Translations under genes and position numbers: made by a program
The notes under the pieces: generated by a model
Databases searched by the model: none
What the model saw: the letters and a program-made list of their open reading frames with translations, nothing else
What the model was told of the DNA's origin: nothing
In this document: piece by piece, positions 39,302 to 53,426 of the stretch
How positions within the stretch are numbered: position 1 is the stretch's first letter
Layout of the letters: each line of letters starts with the position of its first letter
Assembly: GCA_965116475.1 (NCBI GenBank)
Contig: OZ220691.1
Coordinates: forward strand, 64,001-128,000
Direction: 5' to 3'
Source of the DNA: Gemmatimonadota bacterium
Lineage (GTDB): Bacteria > Gemmatimonadota > Gemmatimonadetes > Palauibacterales > Palauibacteraceae
DNA length: 64,000 bases

Positions 39302-40473
39302 CGCGGCGTCCCGAGCACGCCCGCCTCGCGGAGCAGTTGCAGCGTGGGTTCGAGCGGGAGCGATTCGATCGTCCGTCCCCCGTGCCCCGTCACGGACGTG
39401 GCCCGGAACAGGGAGTTGATGACGGCTTCGTCCGTCGCCTCGACCACGGCCTCGAACACGCGCGACAACGCGCCGCCGCCCCGAACGGCCTCCCCCTCGC
39501 CCTCCGCCTCCCCCGTCGAGAAGGCGATCGCGTAGTCGCCGGAGCCGTGCGACATGTACGACCCGGTGCGGGCGAGCCCCATGAACGAGCGGTCGGCCAC
39601 CCGGTCGAGTTCGCGGTGGGCCAGCGGCAGATCCGTCGCGATCACGATCATCACGGAGCCGTCGCCGTGGTCACCCTGGTCGCGCGCGCCGCGCAGACCG
39701 GCCGCGGCGAGCTTTTCGCCCACGCGCACGCCGTCGATCCGCAGCGCGCCGCCGAAGTTGCTCTGCACGAGCACGCCGACGGTCACGACCCGCCCACCGA
39801 TCTCCACCCGCCGCGACGAGGTCCCGATGCCGCCCTTCCAGCCGAAGGCGATCGTCCCCGTCCCCGCCCCGACCGTCCCCTCTTCCACGGGACCGCTTGC
39901 CGCCGTCCGCAGCGCCGCGCGCACGTGCTCCGGCCGGATCGGGCGCACGCGGATATCGCTCAGGTACCCGTCGTTCGTCTCGCCGACGACCGGGTTCATC
40001 GAGCGCACGTCGCGGTTCGCCGGGAGCGACAGAAGCGTATCGAGGAGCGCGTCGGCCGCGCGGAAGACGCTCAGCGTCCCGGTGAGGAGGATCGGCGTCT
40101 CGATCTCGCCGAGTTCGTTGACCTGGCTCAACCCGACCAGCTTCCCGAACCCGTTTCCGACCGCGATCGCCGCCCGCACCCGACGCTCGAACACGTTGTC
40201 CCCGTGCGGGAGGATCGCCGTGACCCCCGTCCGGATCGAGTCGCCCACCCACACCGTGCGGTGGCCCACGCGCACTCCGGGCACGTCCGTGATCGCATTC
40301 AGCGGCCCCGTCGGCAGCCGCCCGATGAGAACGCCTGCCTCCCGCGCCCGCGGCCGCTCCCCGCCGGCCGGCTGCCTCTCCTGGCCCATGGCGTCAGCGG
40401 GAGGCAACGCCGTCATCGCCGCGAGAACGAGCGCCGCCGACCCTGCCCTGCTTGCCGCCCTCCTAGTTCTCAC
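39298..40473 (-). CDS. DmpA / peptidase S58 (P1) family aminopeptidase, probably secreted
   Basis: NAITDVPGVRVGH, PVVGETND..L, GWKGGIGTSSR, autoproteolytic GS in GDGSV, and HGSGDY. Confidence 0.92.
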   Translation of the reverse strand: MRTRRAASRAGSAALVLAAMTALPPADAMGQERQPAGGERPRAREAGVLIGRLPTGPLNAITDVPGVRVGHRTVWVGDSIRTGVTAILPHGDNVFERRVRAAIAVGNGFGKLVGLSQVNELGEIETPILLTGTLSVFRAADALLDTLLSLPANRDVRSMNPVVGETNDGYLSDIRVRPIRPEHVRAALRTAASGPVEEGTVGAGTGTIAFGWKGGIGTSSRRVEIGGRVVTVGVLVQSNFGGALRIDGVRVGEKLAAAGLRGARDQGDHGDGSVMIVIATDLPLAHRELDRVADRSFMGLARTGSYMSHGSGDYAIAFSTGEAEGEGEAVRGGGALSRVFEAVVEATDEAVINSLFRATSVTGHGGRTIESLPLEPTLQLLREAGVLGTPR

Positions 40474-41149
40474 TGCTGATGGTCGCCCGCTCGATGTAGT
40501 CCAGTTCGGCGAACTCCGCCTCCAGGTAGGCGTTCCCTTCATCCTGGATCCGCCCCTGGCTCGGCCCGCTCCCGCCGGGCGCCCCCTCGCCGTACCCGGA
40601 GTAGAGCGCGTCCACAACGTCCATACCCTCGATGACCTCCCCGATGGCGGCGAACCCCATCCCATCGAGCCGCGAGTTGTCGCCGAAGTTGATGAAGAGT
40701 TGCGTGCTTCGGCTGTTCGGCATCGACGTCTGCGCGAAGCTGATCCGCCCGCGCGTGTTCCCCACTGCCACGGGATCGTCCTGGATATTCGCGTCCCGCC
40801 ACGCGCTCTGGATCTCCGGATTCCCATTGATCCCGAACTGCGCCATGAAACCGGCGATGACGCGGAAGAACCTCACGTCGTCGAAGAACCCGTTCTCCAC
40901 CAGGTTGTAGAAGCGGTCCACGCCGTTGGGGGCCCACTGGCGGTGCGCCTCCACCACGAACGTGCCCTTCGAAGTCTCGAAGCGAGCCTGGAAAGTCTCC
41001 GGTGCCGTCATGTTCACCTCTGCCGAACTCGGGTCCCCGAGGAATTCGCTCGGCCCACCGCCCGGTTCACAGGCGGTCCCCGCCAGCAGACACCCGAGGA
41101 GCAGCCAACCCGGCCTGAAACCGGACCTGGACAGATGCGACCGTGCCAT
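40463..41149 (-). CDS. Cyclophilin-type peptidyl-prolyl isomerase, lipoprotein
   Basis: AP.GVDRF, FFRVI.GFMAQFG and RSTQLFIN, with lipobox-like LAGTAC. Confidence 0.92.
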   Translation of the reverse strand: MARSHLSRSGFRPGWLLLGCLLAGTACEPGGGPSEFLGDPSSAEVNMTAPETFQARFETSKGTFVVEAHRQWAPNGVDRFYNLVENGFFDDVRFFRVIAGFMAQFGINGNPEIQSAWRDANIQDDPVAVGNTRGRISFAQTSMPNSRSTQLFINFGDNSRLDGMGFAAIGEVIEGMDVVDALYSGYGEGAPGGSGPSQGRIQDEGNAYLEAEFAELDYIERATISSEN

Positions 41150-41225
41150 TCTCGACCCCCATCGGCTTTCGTGTTTCCGTGCGCCCCGCCGGGCCGTTTG
41201 CCACGGCCTGCCGGCGGGCGTGCCG

Positions 41226-44200
41226 TCAGATACGGCGTGCCACGATGTAACGATATGCGACCGGAATTGCGACGAGGACAAACAACGTGCTCGAGATCAG
41301 CCCGCCGATGGTCGCCAGCGCGAGCGCGTTCCAGATGTTCTGATCCTGGGAGGGGGCGAAGAGGACGAGCGGCAGGAGTCCGAACACCGTCGTGAGCGTC
41401 GTCATGAGGATGGGGCGCACGCGCTCCAGCGTCCCCTGCACGATCGCCGCGACCGTCGGCATGCGTTTGCGCACTTCGCCGATGTGGTAGACGACAAGGA
41501 TGGCGTTGTTCACGACGATGCCGCCCATCATGATCGTGCCGATGAACGCGGTGCGGGTGAAGGTCGCGTCGGTGTAGAAGAAGATGAGGAAGACGCCGAT
41601 GAGGGCGAAAGGCAGCGAGAAGAGCACCACGAACGGCGCCAGGAGCGACTCGAACAAACCGGCCGTGACCATGTAGATGAGGAGGACGGAGAAGGCGAGG
41701 ACGACCCACATCTGCGTCGTCTCCTCCGTCGTCCAGCCCCCGTAGCGCGATTTTTCGATCCGATAGCCCGGCGGGAGTTCCATCGCGTCCACCACCGCGT
41801 CGCGCACGACATCGCCGAACCGCACCGGCCCCCGGAACTCCCAGGCCACGGTCCGCTCGTACTGCTGGTCTTCGCGCCGGATGCTGGCCAGGACCTGTCG
41901 CTGCCCCACCTCCGCCACGTTGGCGAGCCGGAGTTCCTCGCGGGAAGAGATCGGCACGCGCAGATCGCTCAGGTCGTGGAAGTCGAACTCGCGGTATCCG
42001 TCCACCTTGACGGCGTACTGAACTTCCTCGCCGCCCACCCGGATCCGGCTCCTAGATGGCCGGCCCTGGATGTTGCTCGACACGTAGTTGAGCAACTGCT
42101 GAACGGGGAGGTTGTAGGCCGCCAGCGCCTCCCGGTCCGGCTCCACGTAGTACTCGAACTCCTTGTCGCGCTGATACCAGTTGCCGCTCGCGTTCGGGTC
42201 CACGTCGCGGATGCGCGAGAACCGCGTCAGGCGCGACGCGATCTCCTCGGCGATCTCCTGCACCGTCAGGTAGTTGTACCCGAGCACCTGGAGGCTGTAG
42301 TTGGGCGGACTGGAGCCGCCTCCGTAGAAGCTGGGACCGTAGCCCCGCACAAAGACGTCGACGCCCGAGAACCCGTAGCTGTAGGCCGTCATCTGGTCCT
42401 TGATGGCCACCGGGATCGACGTGTGCTCGAGTTCGTCGGGGAATTCCGCGCGCATGCGGGCGAAGTTCGGATAGACCTGGGCCGAGAAGCGCTCCACCTC
42501 GTCGATCGTGGCGAGCTTCGCCTCGAAGGAGCGCACGAGTTCGTCCGTGCGCTGCAGCCCCGCGCCGCGCGGGAAGCTGATCGTGATCGAAATGAAGCTG
42601 TCGTTCCCGCCGAATCCGCTCCAGTAGCTCCCCCGGCTCACGTGCTCGTCGAACAGGTACCAGCTCCCGGCGAGGCTCCCGAGGCAGAGGATCGCGACGA
42701 GGACGGGGTGCCGCAGCGCGAACCCGAGGAGCGACCGGTATCCCGCGATGTAGAAGGGCTCGGACGGCCGAGTCGGCGCCGACGTGGCCTCGCCCGTCGT
42801 GAGGGACGAATCGACCACCGCCCCGGCGGAATCCCGCATGCGGGCCACGCGCGAGGCGAGGGCCGGGACGAAGGTGAACGCCACGAACAGGCTCGCGATG
42901 ATCGAGAAGCCCACCGCGAAGGTGAGCGGCAGGTAGTAGACCCGCAGCTCCCCCTGCAGGAAGAGGAAGGGGACGAGCACGATCGCGGTCGTCAGCGTCG
43001 CGGCGAGCACGGGCAGGACGACCTGGCGCGCCCCGCGGCTCGCGGCATCGGATGGGCCCGCCCCCGATCGGCGGTGACGCTCCACGTTCTCGAGCACGAC
43101 GATACCGTTGTCGACGACGAGGCCGAACCCCCACGCGAGCCCCCACAGCGTAAGCAGGTTGAGCGAGAACCCGCCGATGTAGAGGAAGTTCACCGCGGTC
43201 AGGACGCTGAACCCGATCGTCGCGAACACGACGAGGACGGCGCCGAGCGAGCGCAGGAAGAGCGTAAGGACGATGAAGATCACGATGGCGGCGGCGATGG
43301 CGCGCAGCCGAAGCTCCGTGAGCTGCTCGCGGATGTTCTCGCTCTGATCGCTCGTCAACTCGAGACCCACGCCCGCGGGGAGCGTCGCGCCCAACTCGGT
43401 CATCGCGGCCTTCACGGCGTCCGCGACCTGGATCACGTTCGTGCCCGACTGGCGGAACACGCTGATCGAGATCGTGGGCTGCGAATTGATGCGCCAGAAG
43501 AACATCGAGTCTTCCGTCTGGTCGCGGACCTGCCCCAGATCGCCCACGCGGACGGGCCCATCCGGCCGCGTGAGGACGATCATGTCCGCGATGTCGGACA
43601 CCTCGAGCGCCCGGGTGCGCACGGCGATGGCGAACTGCCGGCCGTCGAGTTCGACCGATCCGGGGGCCCTCGGCTGGGAAAGCTCGGAGATCCGGCGGCT
43701 GACCTCCTCCGGCCTCAGCCCGAGCGCCTCCAGCCGGCCCCGGTCCAGTTCGACGGCGATCTCGCGGCGCTCGGCCCCCCGGACGTTCACCTCGGACACG
43801 CCCGGCAGCCCCCGCACGAAGGGCGCGATCTCCTCGTCGGCGATCTCGCCCAGGCGCGCGAACGTGTAGGGGCCCGTGAGGGAGAAGCTGAGGAGTTCCT
43901 CTTCTTCCTCGGCGAATTCCGCCGGGACGTACTCGGAGAGGTCGGGCACGACCCCGTCGGGCAATTCGTCGCGGATCGAGTTGATCCGCTCGCTCAGCTC
44001 GAGACGGGCAAATTCCATGCGTGTCTCGCGCTCGAAGTCGACCGTGATCCGGGCGGTGGAGCCGGTCCCGCGCTGATCGGCTTGGGACACCGAGATGACC
44101 TTCTCGACGCCGCCGACCTGCTGGATGACGGTTTCGAGCGGCGCGGTCACGGACGCTTCCAGCGCCTCGGGCGATGCTCCGTTCCAGGTGGCCGTGACCG

Positions 44201-44326
44201 TGAGACTGGGGAACTCGACTTCGGGCAGGTCCTCGACCGGGATGAGCCGGAAGCTCGTCACGCCGAGCGCGAAGAGCGCGATGTAGATGGCGGCGGTCGC
44301 CACCGGCCGGCGGATGGCCAGATCGA

Positions 44327-44330
<4 letters not shown>
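41226..44330 (-). CDS. RND efflux transporter permease subunit 2
   Basis: AIRRPV, GLVVDNGIVVLEN, GIVVNNAI and RVRPILMT. Confidence 0.95.
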
Positions 44331-47755
<3,425 letters not shown>

Positions 47756-47757
47756 AG

Positions 47758-49134
47758 CTAGGGCCTGCCCTCCATGTACTCGGCCAGGCTCGACCACGCG
47801 ATCAGGTAGTCGTACCGGTTCTGAGTCAGCGACGTCTCCGCGCGCTGCACGGCATCGATCGCGCCTTGCAGCTCGAGGAAGCTCCCGGTGCCGAGCCGGT
47901 AGCGTTGCTGCTCCATGTCGAGACGTTCGCGCGAGATCGCGTAGGCCCGGTCCAGCAGGTCGAGGGTCTGCGCCAGCGCCTCGATCTGGGCGCCGAAGCG
48001 CCGGACATCGCGTTCGATCTCGAGCCGCGCCCGCCGATAGTCCTCCTCGGCCTGCCGCCTGGCCGCCGATGCCTGGGCGTTCTGCACCTCACGAGCGAAG
48101 CCGTCAAAGAGATTCCACGAGGCCGAGATGCTGAAGCTACTGCTGGTGTCGCCGGGGTCGAACTGCCAGAACGACGCATCCGCACCGAAGGTCTCACCGC
48201 GTCCCCAGTTGAGAGACGCGGTAATCTGCGGCAGATACCTCGTGCGGGCGGACCACAGCGACGCGGACGCCGCAGACCGATCCGCCTCCAGCGCGGCAAG
48301 TTCGGGGTCCGTCGTCACGGCGGTGCGGATGATCGACTCGATGTCCGGCATGCCCGCCGGCATGCCTTCCTCGCCGGCCAGGACAAGCCCTTCGCCCGAC
48401 TCGGGCGGCAGCCCCATCGAGACCACAAGCTGCCGGAGACCGACGCGCAGCAGGTTCTGCTCCGAGAGAAACCGCATTCGGGCATCCAGGAGGTTCAACT
48501 CGGCAGCGAGCACGTCGGTGCGTTCGACGGCGGCGATCTCATACCGGCGACTGGCGATGTCGAGTTCAGCTTCGCGGTCGGCGATCTGGGCTCGCGTCAA
48601 CTCCAGCAATTCCTGACGCCGCAGAGCATCGAGGAACTCTCTCCTTACCGTCGCGATGACGGCGCGTTGCTGGTCGTCGTAGCGCCGCTGGGCGCCGCGG
48701 AAACTGGCCGCGCTCCGCTGAAGTTCCGCGAACCGCCGGCCCCCATCGAGGATCGTCAGGCTGAGACCCAGCCCCTGATTCGCGGACTGGTTGGTAAAGG
48801 TGAGACGCTCCTGCAGCCGTGCCGCCGGTCCTTCCTCGGCTTCGAAGGTGGATCTGGTAGAACTCGAACGACCCAGCCCCAGGTTCAGGCCCGCCCGCGG
48901 AAGAAACGCCCCCCAGGCCGCGAGCCGGTCAGCGCTCGCCCTGTCCGCCGCGGCAAGGGACGTCCGCAGCACGGGGCTTTCGTTCATGGCGACTCGGACC
49001 GCTCTCTCAATGTCGAGGGTGTCCGGGAGCGTCGGTCCCTGCGCGGCCGCCGGCGATGCGGCTGCAAGTCCCCCCGTGGCCAGCAAGGCCGTTGCAAGCA
49101 CCCGCCGCATGGGCGAGGTCACGGCCAGCCTCAC
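47758..49134 (-). CDS. TolC family outer-membrane efflux protein
   Basis: Signal peptide and two OEP-like repeats (LP.......W.LFDG; RY..G....EL..A). Confidence 0.9.
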   Translation of the reverse strand: MRLAVTSPMRRVLATALLATGGLAAASPAAAQGPTLPDTLDIERAVRVAMNESPVLRTSLAAADRASADRLAAWGAFLPRAGLNLGLGRSSSTRSTFEAEEGPAARLQERLTFTNQSANQGLGLSLTILDGGRRFAELQRSAASFRGAQRRYDDQQRAVIATVRREFLDALRRQELLELTRAQIADREAELDIASRRYEIAAVERTDVLAAELNLLDARMRFLSEQNLLRVGLRQLVVSMGLPPESGEGLVLAGEEGMPAGMPDIESIIRTAVTTDPELAALEADRSAASASLWSARTRYLPQITASLNWGRGETFGADASFWQFDPGDTSSSFSISASWNLFDGFAREVQNAQASAARRQAEEDYRRARLEIERDVRRFGAQIEALAQTLDLLDRAYAISRERLDMEQQRYRLGTGSFLELQGAIDAVQRAETSLTQNRYDYLIAWSSLAEYMEGRP

Positions 49135-50393
49135 CGCGAACCGTCCGTGGAGCCGCTCTCCGAGCTATCCGTTGCGCCATCCGGGGCGGGGTCCGCCGGC
49201 GTCGCGAGGTCGCCGTGGTTCTCGATCCGCACCTGCGCGTCGTGCGTGAGGGTGGCGTGACCGTCAACGAGCACGACTTCCCCGCCCGCCGGAACGAAGG
49301 TGTCGTCGCCGTCCGGGCTGTGGATGATCTCGACCTGCGTGTCGTTCTCGAGGCCGAGCGTCACGTACTCCCACTGAGCGCGCCCCGTGTCCGAGCCCGG
49401 CCCCCCCGGCTCGAACACGAACACGACCTGCCGCCGGCTCCGCTCGACGACCGCTTCCTTCGGCACGAACGTCCGGTCCGCGAGTTGACGACCGGCGATC
49501 CGCACGTTCCCCGGCATGCCCGGCACGATTCGAGCCTCGGGATTCGACAGGCGCACGGTGACCCGCGCTGTCTGCGTCTCGGGATCGACGAGAGGGTTCA
49601 CGCTCACGACGCGCCCCTCGAAGATCTCTCCCCGAAGCGCGGGGAAGGTCGCCGTTGCCTGTCGCCCCACCTCCACGAGCGGGAGTTCGGAGTGGAGGAC
49701 CCCGGCGTCGATGTCGATCTCGGAAAGGTCGACGATGGTCGCGATCGAATCGCCCGATCGGACGCGGCTGCCGTGCGCCACGGCGAGGTTCGCCACCAGG
49801 CCGGCGAAGGGGGCGACGATCCTGGTCTTCTCCAGTTCGTAGCGCGCTTCCGCGAGTTGCGCCTCCTGATCGGGGAGGCCCACCCGAATGCGGGCCTGCT
49901 CAGCACGAGCCAGCCGGATCGAATCCGGCAACTCCTCATCGAACAGCACCCGGTCCAGATACTCTGCCTCCGCACGCGCCACCGCGGCTTCCACCCGCTG
50001 CTCCCGGATCTCGTAGAGAGTGGGGTCGATCCGTGCCAGGAGTTGGCCGGCCCGCACCTGCGTCCCCTCCTGCACCGGCACCGCGGTCACGGGCCCCTGG
50101 ACCTCCGCATGGAGCGGGGCCCGGCGCAGGGATGCGGCCCGCCCGCTCGCCGTGACCCAGAGCACGAAGGTGTCACGCTGGATGACGGCGCCTTCGACGG
50201 GAAGGAAAATGTCCGTGGCGAACGCGGCCGCCGAGGCCGTCCCCCGCACCGCCTCGGCCACGGAATCGGCCGCGGCGTCACCGAAGCTCTGCGGCCCCTC
50301 CTCCTCGTCCTCGTTCAGCCGCATGAAGATGCCGACGACGGCCGCACCCGCGACGAGCAGGACGATCAACGTGACCCAATGACGTGCCTTCAT
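49131..50393 (-). CDS. RND periplasmic adaptor (membrane fusion protein)
   Basis: N-terminal TM, V.EG..V.AGQLL..ID, I.APF.G.V and PGM. Confidence 0.93.
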   Translation of the reverse strand: MKARHWVTLIVLLVAGAAVVGIFMRLNEDEEEGPQSFGDAAADSVAEAVRGTASAAAFATDIFLPVEGAVIQRDTFVLWVTASGRAASLRRAPLHAEVQGPVTAVPVQEGTQVRAGQLLARIDPTLYEIREQRVEAAVARAEAEYLDRVLFDEELPDSIRLARAEQARIRVGLPDQEAQLAEARYELEKTRIVAPFAGLVANLAVAHGSRVRSGDSIATIVDLSEIDIDAGVLHSELPLVEVGRQATATFPALRGEIFEGRVVSVNPLVDPETQTARVTVRLSNPEARIVPGMPGNVRIAGRQLADRTFVPKEAVVERSRRQVVFVFEPGGPGSDTGRAQWEYVTLGLENDTQVEIIHSPDGDDTFVPAGGEVVLVDGHATLTHDAQVRIENHGDLATPADPAPDGATDSSESGSTDGSR

Positions 50394-50458
50394 ATGCCTC
50401 GCACCGCTGTGTTCCGTTCGCGTGATCGACCAATCCGTGTGGTCGCGGCAAGCTCAAT

Positions 50459-50490
50459 CTATCGCAAGACTATCAACCGGCTATCAACCG
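50459..50490. promoter_or_regulatory. Three 11-bp-phased direct repeats upstream of the efflux operon
   Basis: CTATCGCAAGA CTATCAACCGG CTATCAACCG. Confidence 0.55.
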
Positions 50491-50676
50491 TCAGGGATCG
50501 AGGCTTTGACACGGGAACGTATCCCAAGAGTTGTACGGCCCCGGCGACCGGTCGCCTGATTCTGCGGGGGAACCTGGGCGAGGGAGGACACCCGGTCAAC
50601 TAATTCAATAGTAGAGAGGGGACGACGGGAGGTGGGGACGAGCGCAGTGCGGCAGGGCGACGTGCGTCCAAACGGA

Positions 50677-50708
50677 GGGAGGGCGGCATCGCGCGATACC
50701 GCCCTCCC
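50677..50708 (-). terminator. Hairpin terminator of the aminotransferase gene
   Basis: GGGAGGGCGG-CATCGCGCGATA-CCGCCCTCCC, 6 nt past the stop. Confidence 0.65.
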
Positions 50709-50714
50709 CGCGGG

Positions 50715-51881
50715 TCAGATCCAGTTCTTCTTGCGGAAGTCGGTCATGACCTCGGCGAGCTTCTCCATGTCCGACGGGAGGCCCATCGAGAGCCGGCTCC
50801 AGTCCGTCATGGGCGGGAACGGGCGGCCCACGTTGAACCCGGCCTCGAACATGCGCTCGTTGTAGGTCGCGAGTTCGCCCTTGATCCGGTGCATGACGAA
50901 GTTCGTGTGGCTGGGCAGGACCTCGATGTCGAGCTGGCCGAAGGCGTCGTACATGATCGCCTTCGCCTCGTCGTTCGTCTTCACGCTCTTGGCGAAGAAC
51001 TCGTCGTCGGCGAGCGAGGCGACGGCCGCCACGCCCGCGACGTGGTTGGGCGCGTTTCGCGTCGCGAACGGGAGGACGCGCTGGACGGTGGCCTCGTGCG
51101 CGATCCCGTATCCGAGGCGGATCCCGGCCATCGCGTACACCTTCGAGAAGGTGCGGGCGATGATCAGGTTCGGATGCTGCTCGATGAGCGGGACGAAGGT
51201 CTCGTAGCCCGGATCGTCCGCGAGTTCGAAATACGCCTCGTCCACGAGGAAGAGGTGCTGCTCGCCCTCGTCGCGGAGCCAGTCCATGATCGGCCCGGTC
51301 GCGGTGAGGGTGCCGGTCGGGTTGTTCGGGTTGCAGAAGTAAATGACGCTCGGGGCGGACGACTTCGCGACCTCCTCGCGCATGCGGCCGATGTCGTGGG
51401 CGTAGTCGCTCGTGAGCGGCACCGTCACGTGATCATACGCGAACGGCTGCGAGTAACGGGGGACGTCCTCGTACGTCGGCTCGGCGTAGATGAGACGGCC
51501 GCCGGGCGCCGCCCAGGCCGCCGAGGCGATGCGCAGGATCTCGGTCGAGCCGGAGCCGAAGAAGAGCTGCCCTGGCTTGACGCCGAGGCGCGCCACGAGC
51601 GCTTCGCGCACGAGTTCGCCGGTCGCCCCGGGATAGCGGTTCGCCTCATCGAGCCCGTCGATGATCGCCTGCCGCGCCGATGGAGCGATACCGAGCGGGT
51701 TCTCGTTCGAACTCAGCCGGACGGGTCCGTTGTAGTCGCGTCCCGGTCGGCGGGGGTTGAAGATGGTGTCGAGTCCGCGCGCCGTCGTCGCGCCCGCGAG
51801 GGGTGCGGCAAGAGGTGCGGCGGCGATGCCGGCAACGCCGGCGCCCGTGAGTCCGGCTCGGAGAAACGCCCTTCGCTTCAT
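50715..51881 (-). CDS. Tat-exported HisC-like PLP aminotransferase
   Basis: MKRRAFLRAG twin-arginine signal, followed by LSSNENP, NPNNPTG, DEAY and RTFSK..AG.RLG. Confidence 0.88.
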   Translation of the reverse strand: MKRRAFLRAGLTGAGVAGIAAAPLAAPLAGATTARGLDTIFNPRRPGRDYNGPVRLSSNENPLGIAPSARQAIIDGLDEANRYPGATGELVREALVARLGVKPGQLFFGSGSTEILRIASAAWAAPGGRLIYAEPTYEDVPRYSQPFAYDHVTVPLTSDYAHDIGRMREEVAKSSAPSVIYFCNPNNPTGTLTATGPIMDWLRDEGEQHLFLVDEAYFELADDPGYETFVPLIEQHPNLIIARTFSKVYAMAGIRLGYGIAHEATVQRVLPFATRNAPNHVAGVAAVASLADDEFFAKSVKTNDEAKAIMYDAFGQLDIEVLPSHTNFVMHRIKGELATYNERMFEAGFNVGRPFPPMTDWSRLSMGLPSDMEKLAEVMTDFRKKNWI

Positions 51882-51998
51882 GTGGCCTCCCTGAAGTTCC
51901 GAGGACGCCGCCACCGCGGGGAGGCAGCGCCCGCCCATGCCTGGTTGAAACATGGCCCGCGCGACCCGGAACGTCCAGCGTGCCGGATCATCCGGCGT

Positions 51999-53297
51999 TC
52001 AACGCGGAGGCGGCGGATCCCGGCGTGAAGGGGGCTCTTCGATCGGCTCGCCGCGTGCGGCTCTTCGTTCCGTGACGAGCAGACGGACTCCGGAAATCGC
52101 GCCGCCCATCAGCGAGTCGATCGCCGCCCGCAGTTCCTCGCCGCTGAGGTTCACGAGCTGTGCCCGCACGTCCTCGGGGAGACGCCGGTAGAGTTGGGCG
52201 GCGCCGCGCTCCCGCCATTCGCGGCGGCGGTCGGCCGCGGTGCGCTCGGCATCCGGCGACTCGGTCTCTCCCTCGCGGAACGCGCCGACCGACGTGAGGA
52301 ACGGGAGCGCAAAGGCGCTGTCGAGGGTGGCGGCGCGCTCGTAGTGCGCCTCGGCCTCCTCCGGGCGGCCTTCGCGGTGCAGCGCGTTGCCCCGGTGGAA
52401 GGCGGCGAGGGCCTCCAGGTTCCGCGTGCCGAGGTGGCTGATGCGGACAGCCTCGGACGGCGGTGGCGTGCCTGAGAGGTTGGCCGCGAGCCGCACCGTC
52501 AGCGTGTCGACGAGTTCGAACACATCGTCGCCCCGGGCGAAGTCGGCCGAGGCGATGGTCCCGTTCTCGAGTTCGATCAACTGGGCGTCGATGCGCATGT
52601 CCTCCGACGACCCCGTCACGCTGCCCCAGAGCAGCAGGCGGGCGCCGCTCCCGCGCGCCACCGTCAGCGCCAGCGCCTCCGGGATTTCCTCCTCCTCGGA
52701 GACGCCTCCCTCCATGAGGAGGTCGTAGAGACTCTGCCGGCCCACCACGCGCAGACCGGGGAGTTGCGCCAGGTTCGTGGTGAGCAGGTCGGCGAGACCC
52801 GAACCGAGCCACTCGAGTTCCGGCTCGGGCACGTTGTTGCGGAAGGGCAGGACCGCGAGCGAGTTGGGCCCAAGGTCGGGCGCCGAGCCCACAAAACTCA
52901 GCGCCCCTTCGCCGTCATCCGCACCGTCCGCGGCCGTGGCTGTCGGCGCGGCCTCCACGCCGCCAGCCTGCGATGGTACCGCGGTCGCGATCCGGTAGGT
53001 GCCGATCGCGCCCAACGAGGCGAGGGTGAGCAGGAGCCAGGCTTCGGCCCGGCGGATGCGCTGGGGCCCGCGCTCGCCGTGAAACCAGCCGATGACGAGA
53101 AAGGCGGGGAACCCGAGGATGGCGAGGAAGACGACCGTGTCGAGGATCTTCCTCGAGAACGCGTAGGTCCCGACGATGAAGTCGGTGATCTCGACGCCGA
53201 GCCAGGCCGCGCCCACGTACACGAGCGCGATCTGCACCATGCGCCGCTTCCGGATCTTCTCCAGGATCGACGCGCCGTTCCCCTCGTTGTTCATCAT
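51999..53297 (-). CDS. Membrane-anchored TolB-N/FlgO-like and TPR-like protein
   Basis: N-terminal 3-TM block (RRMVQIALVY..AW), SLAVLPFRN..L.TNLAQLPGLRVV and one TPR-like helix pair. Confidence 0.78.
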   Translation of the reverse strand: MMNNEGNGASILEKIRKRRMVQIALVYVGAAWLGVEITDFIVGTYAFSRKILDTVVFLAILGFPAFLVIGWFHGERGPQRIRRAEAWLLLTLASLGAIGTYRIATAVPSQAGGVEAAPTATAADGADDGEGALSFVGSAPDLGPNSLAVLPFRNNVPEPELEWLGSGLADLLTTNLAQLPGLRVVGRQSLYDLLMEGGVSEEEEIPEALALTVARGSGARLLLWGSVTGSSEDMRIDAQLIELENGTIASADFARGDDVFELVDTLTVRLAANLSGTPPPSEAVRISHLGTRNLEALAAFHRGNALHREGRPEEAEAHYERAATLDSAFALPFLTSVGAFREGETESPDAERTAADRRREWRERGAAQLYRRLPEDVRAQLVNLSGEELRAAIDSLMGGAISGVRLLVTERRAARGEPIEEPPSRRDPPPPR

Positions 53298-53382
53298 CGT
53301 CCGTCGTCCGTCATCATCCGCCCGTCCCGATCTCCGGAGGTCGCTGGTCCGCCGCTGAAGGCTTGTCGAGCCTTGCGACACC

Positions 53383-53412
53383 GCCGGAGCGGCGAACGGT
53401 TGCCGCTCCGGC
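53383..53412 (-). terminator. Hairpin downstream of the BNR-repeat gene
   Basis: GCCGGAGCGGC-GAACGGTT-GCCGCTCCGGC. Confidence 0.6.
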
Positions 53413-53426
53413 AGGCCGCGTAACAG

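Noticed and set aside
50495-50670. Possible ncRNA in the 320-bp intergenic region, including an AT-rich patch GGTCAACTAATTCAATAGTAG
   Set aside because: No recognisable RNA family or convincing structure was found. It is more simply promoter DNA for the efflux operon.
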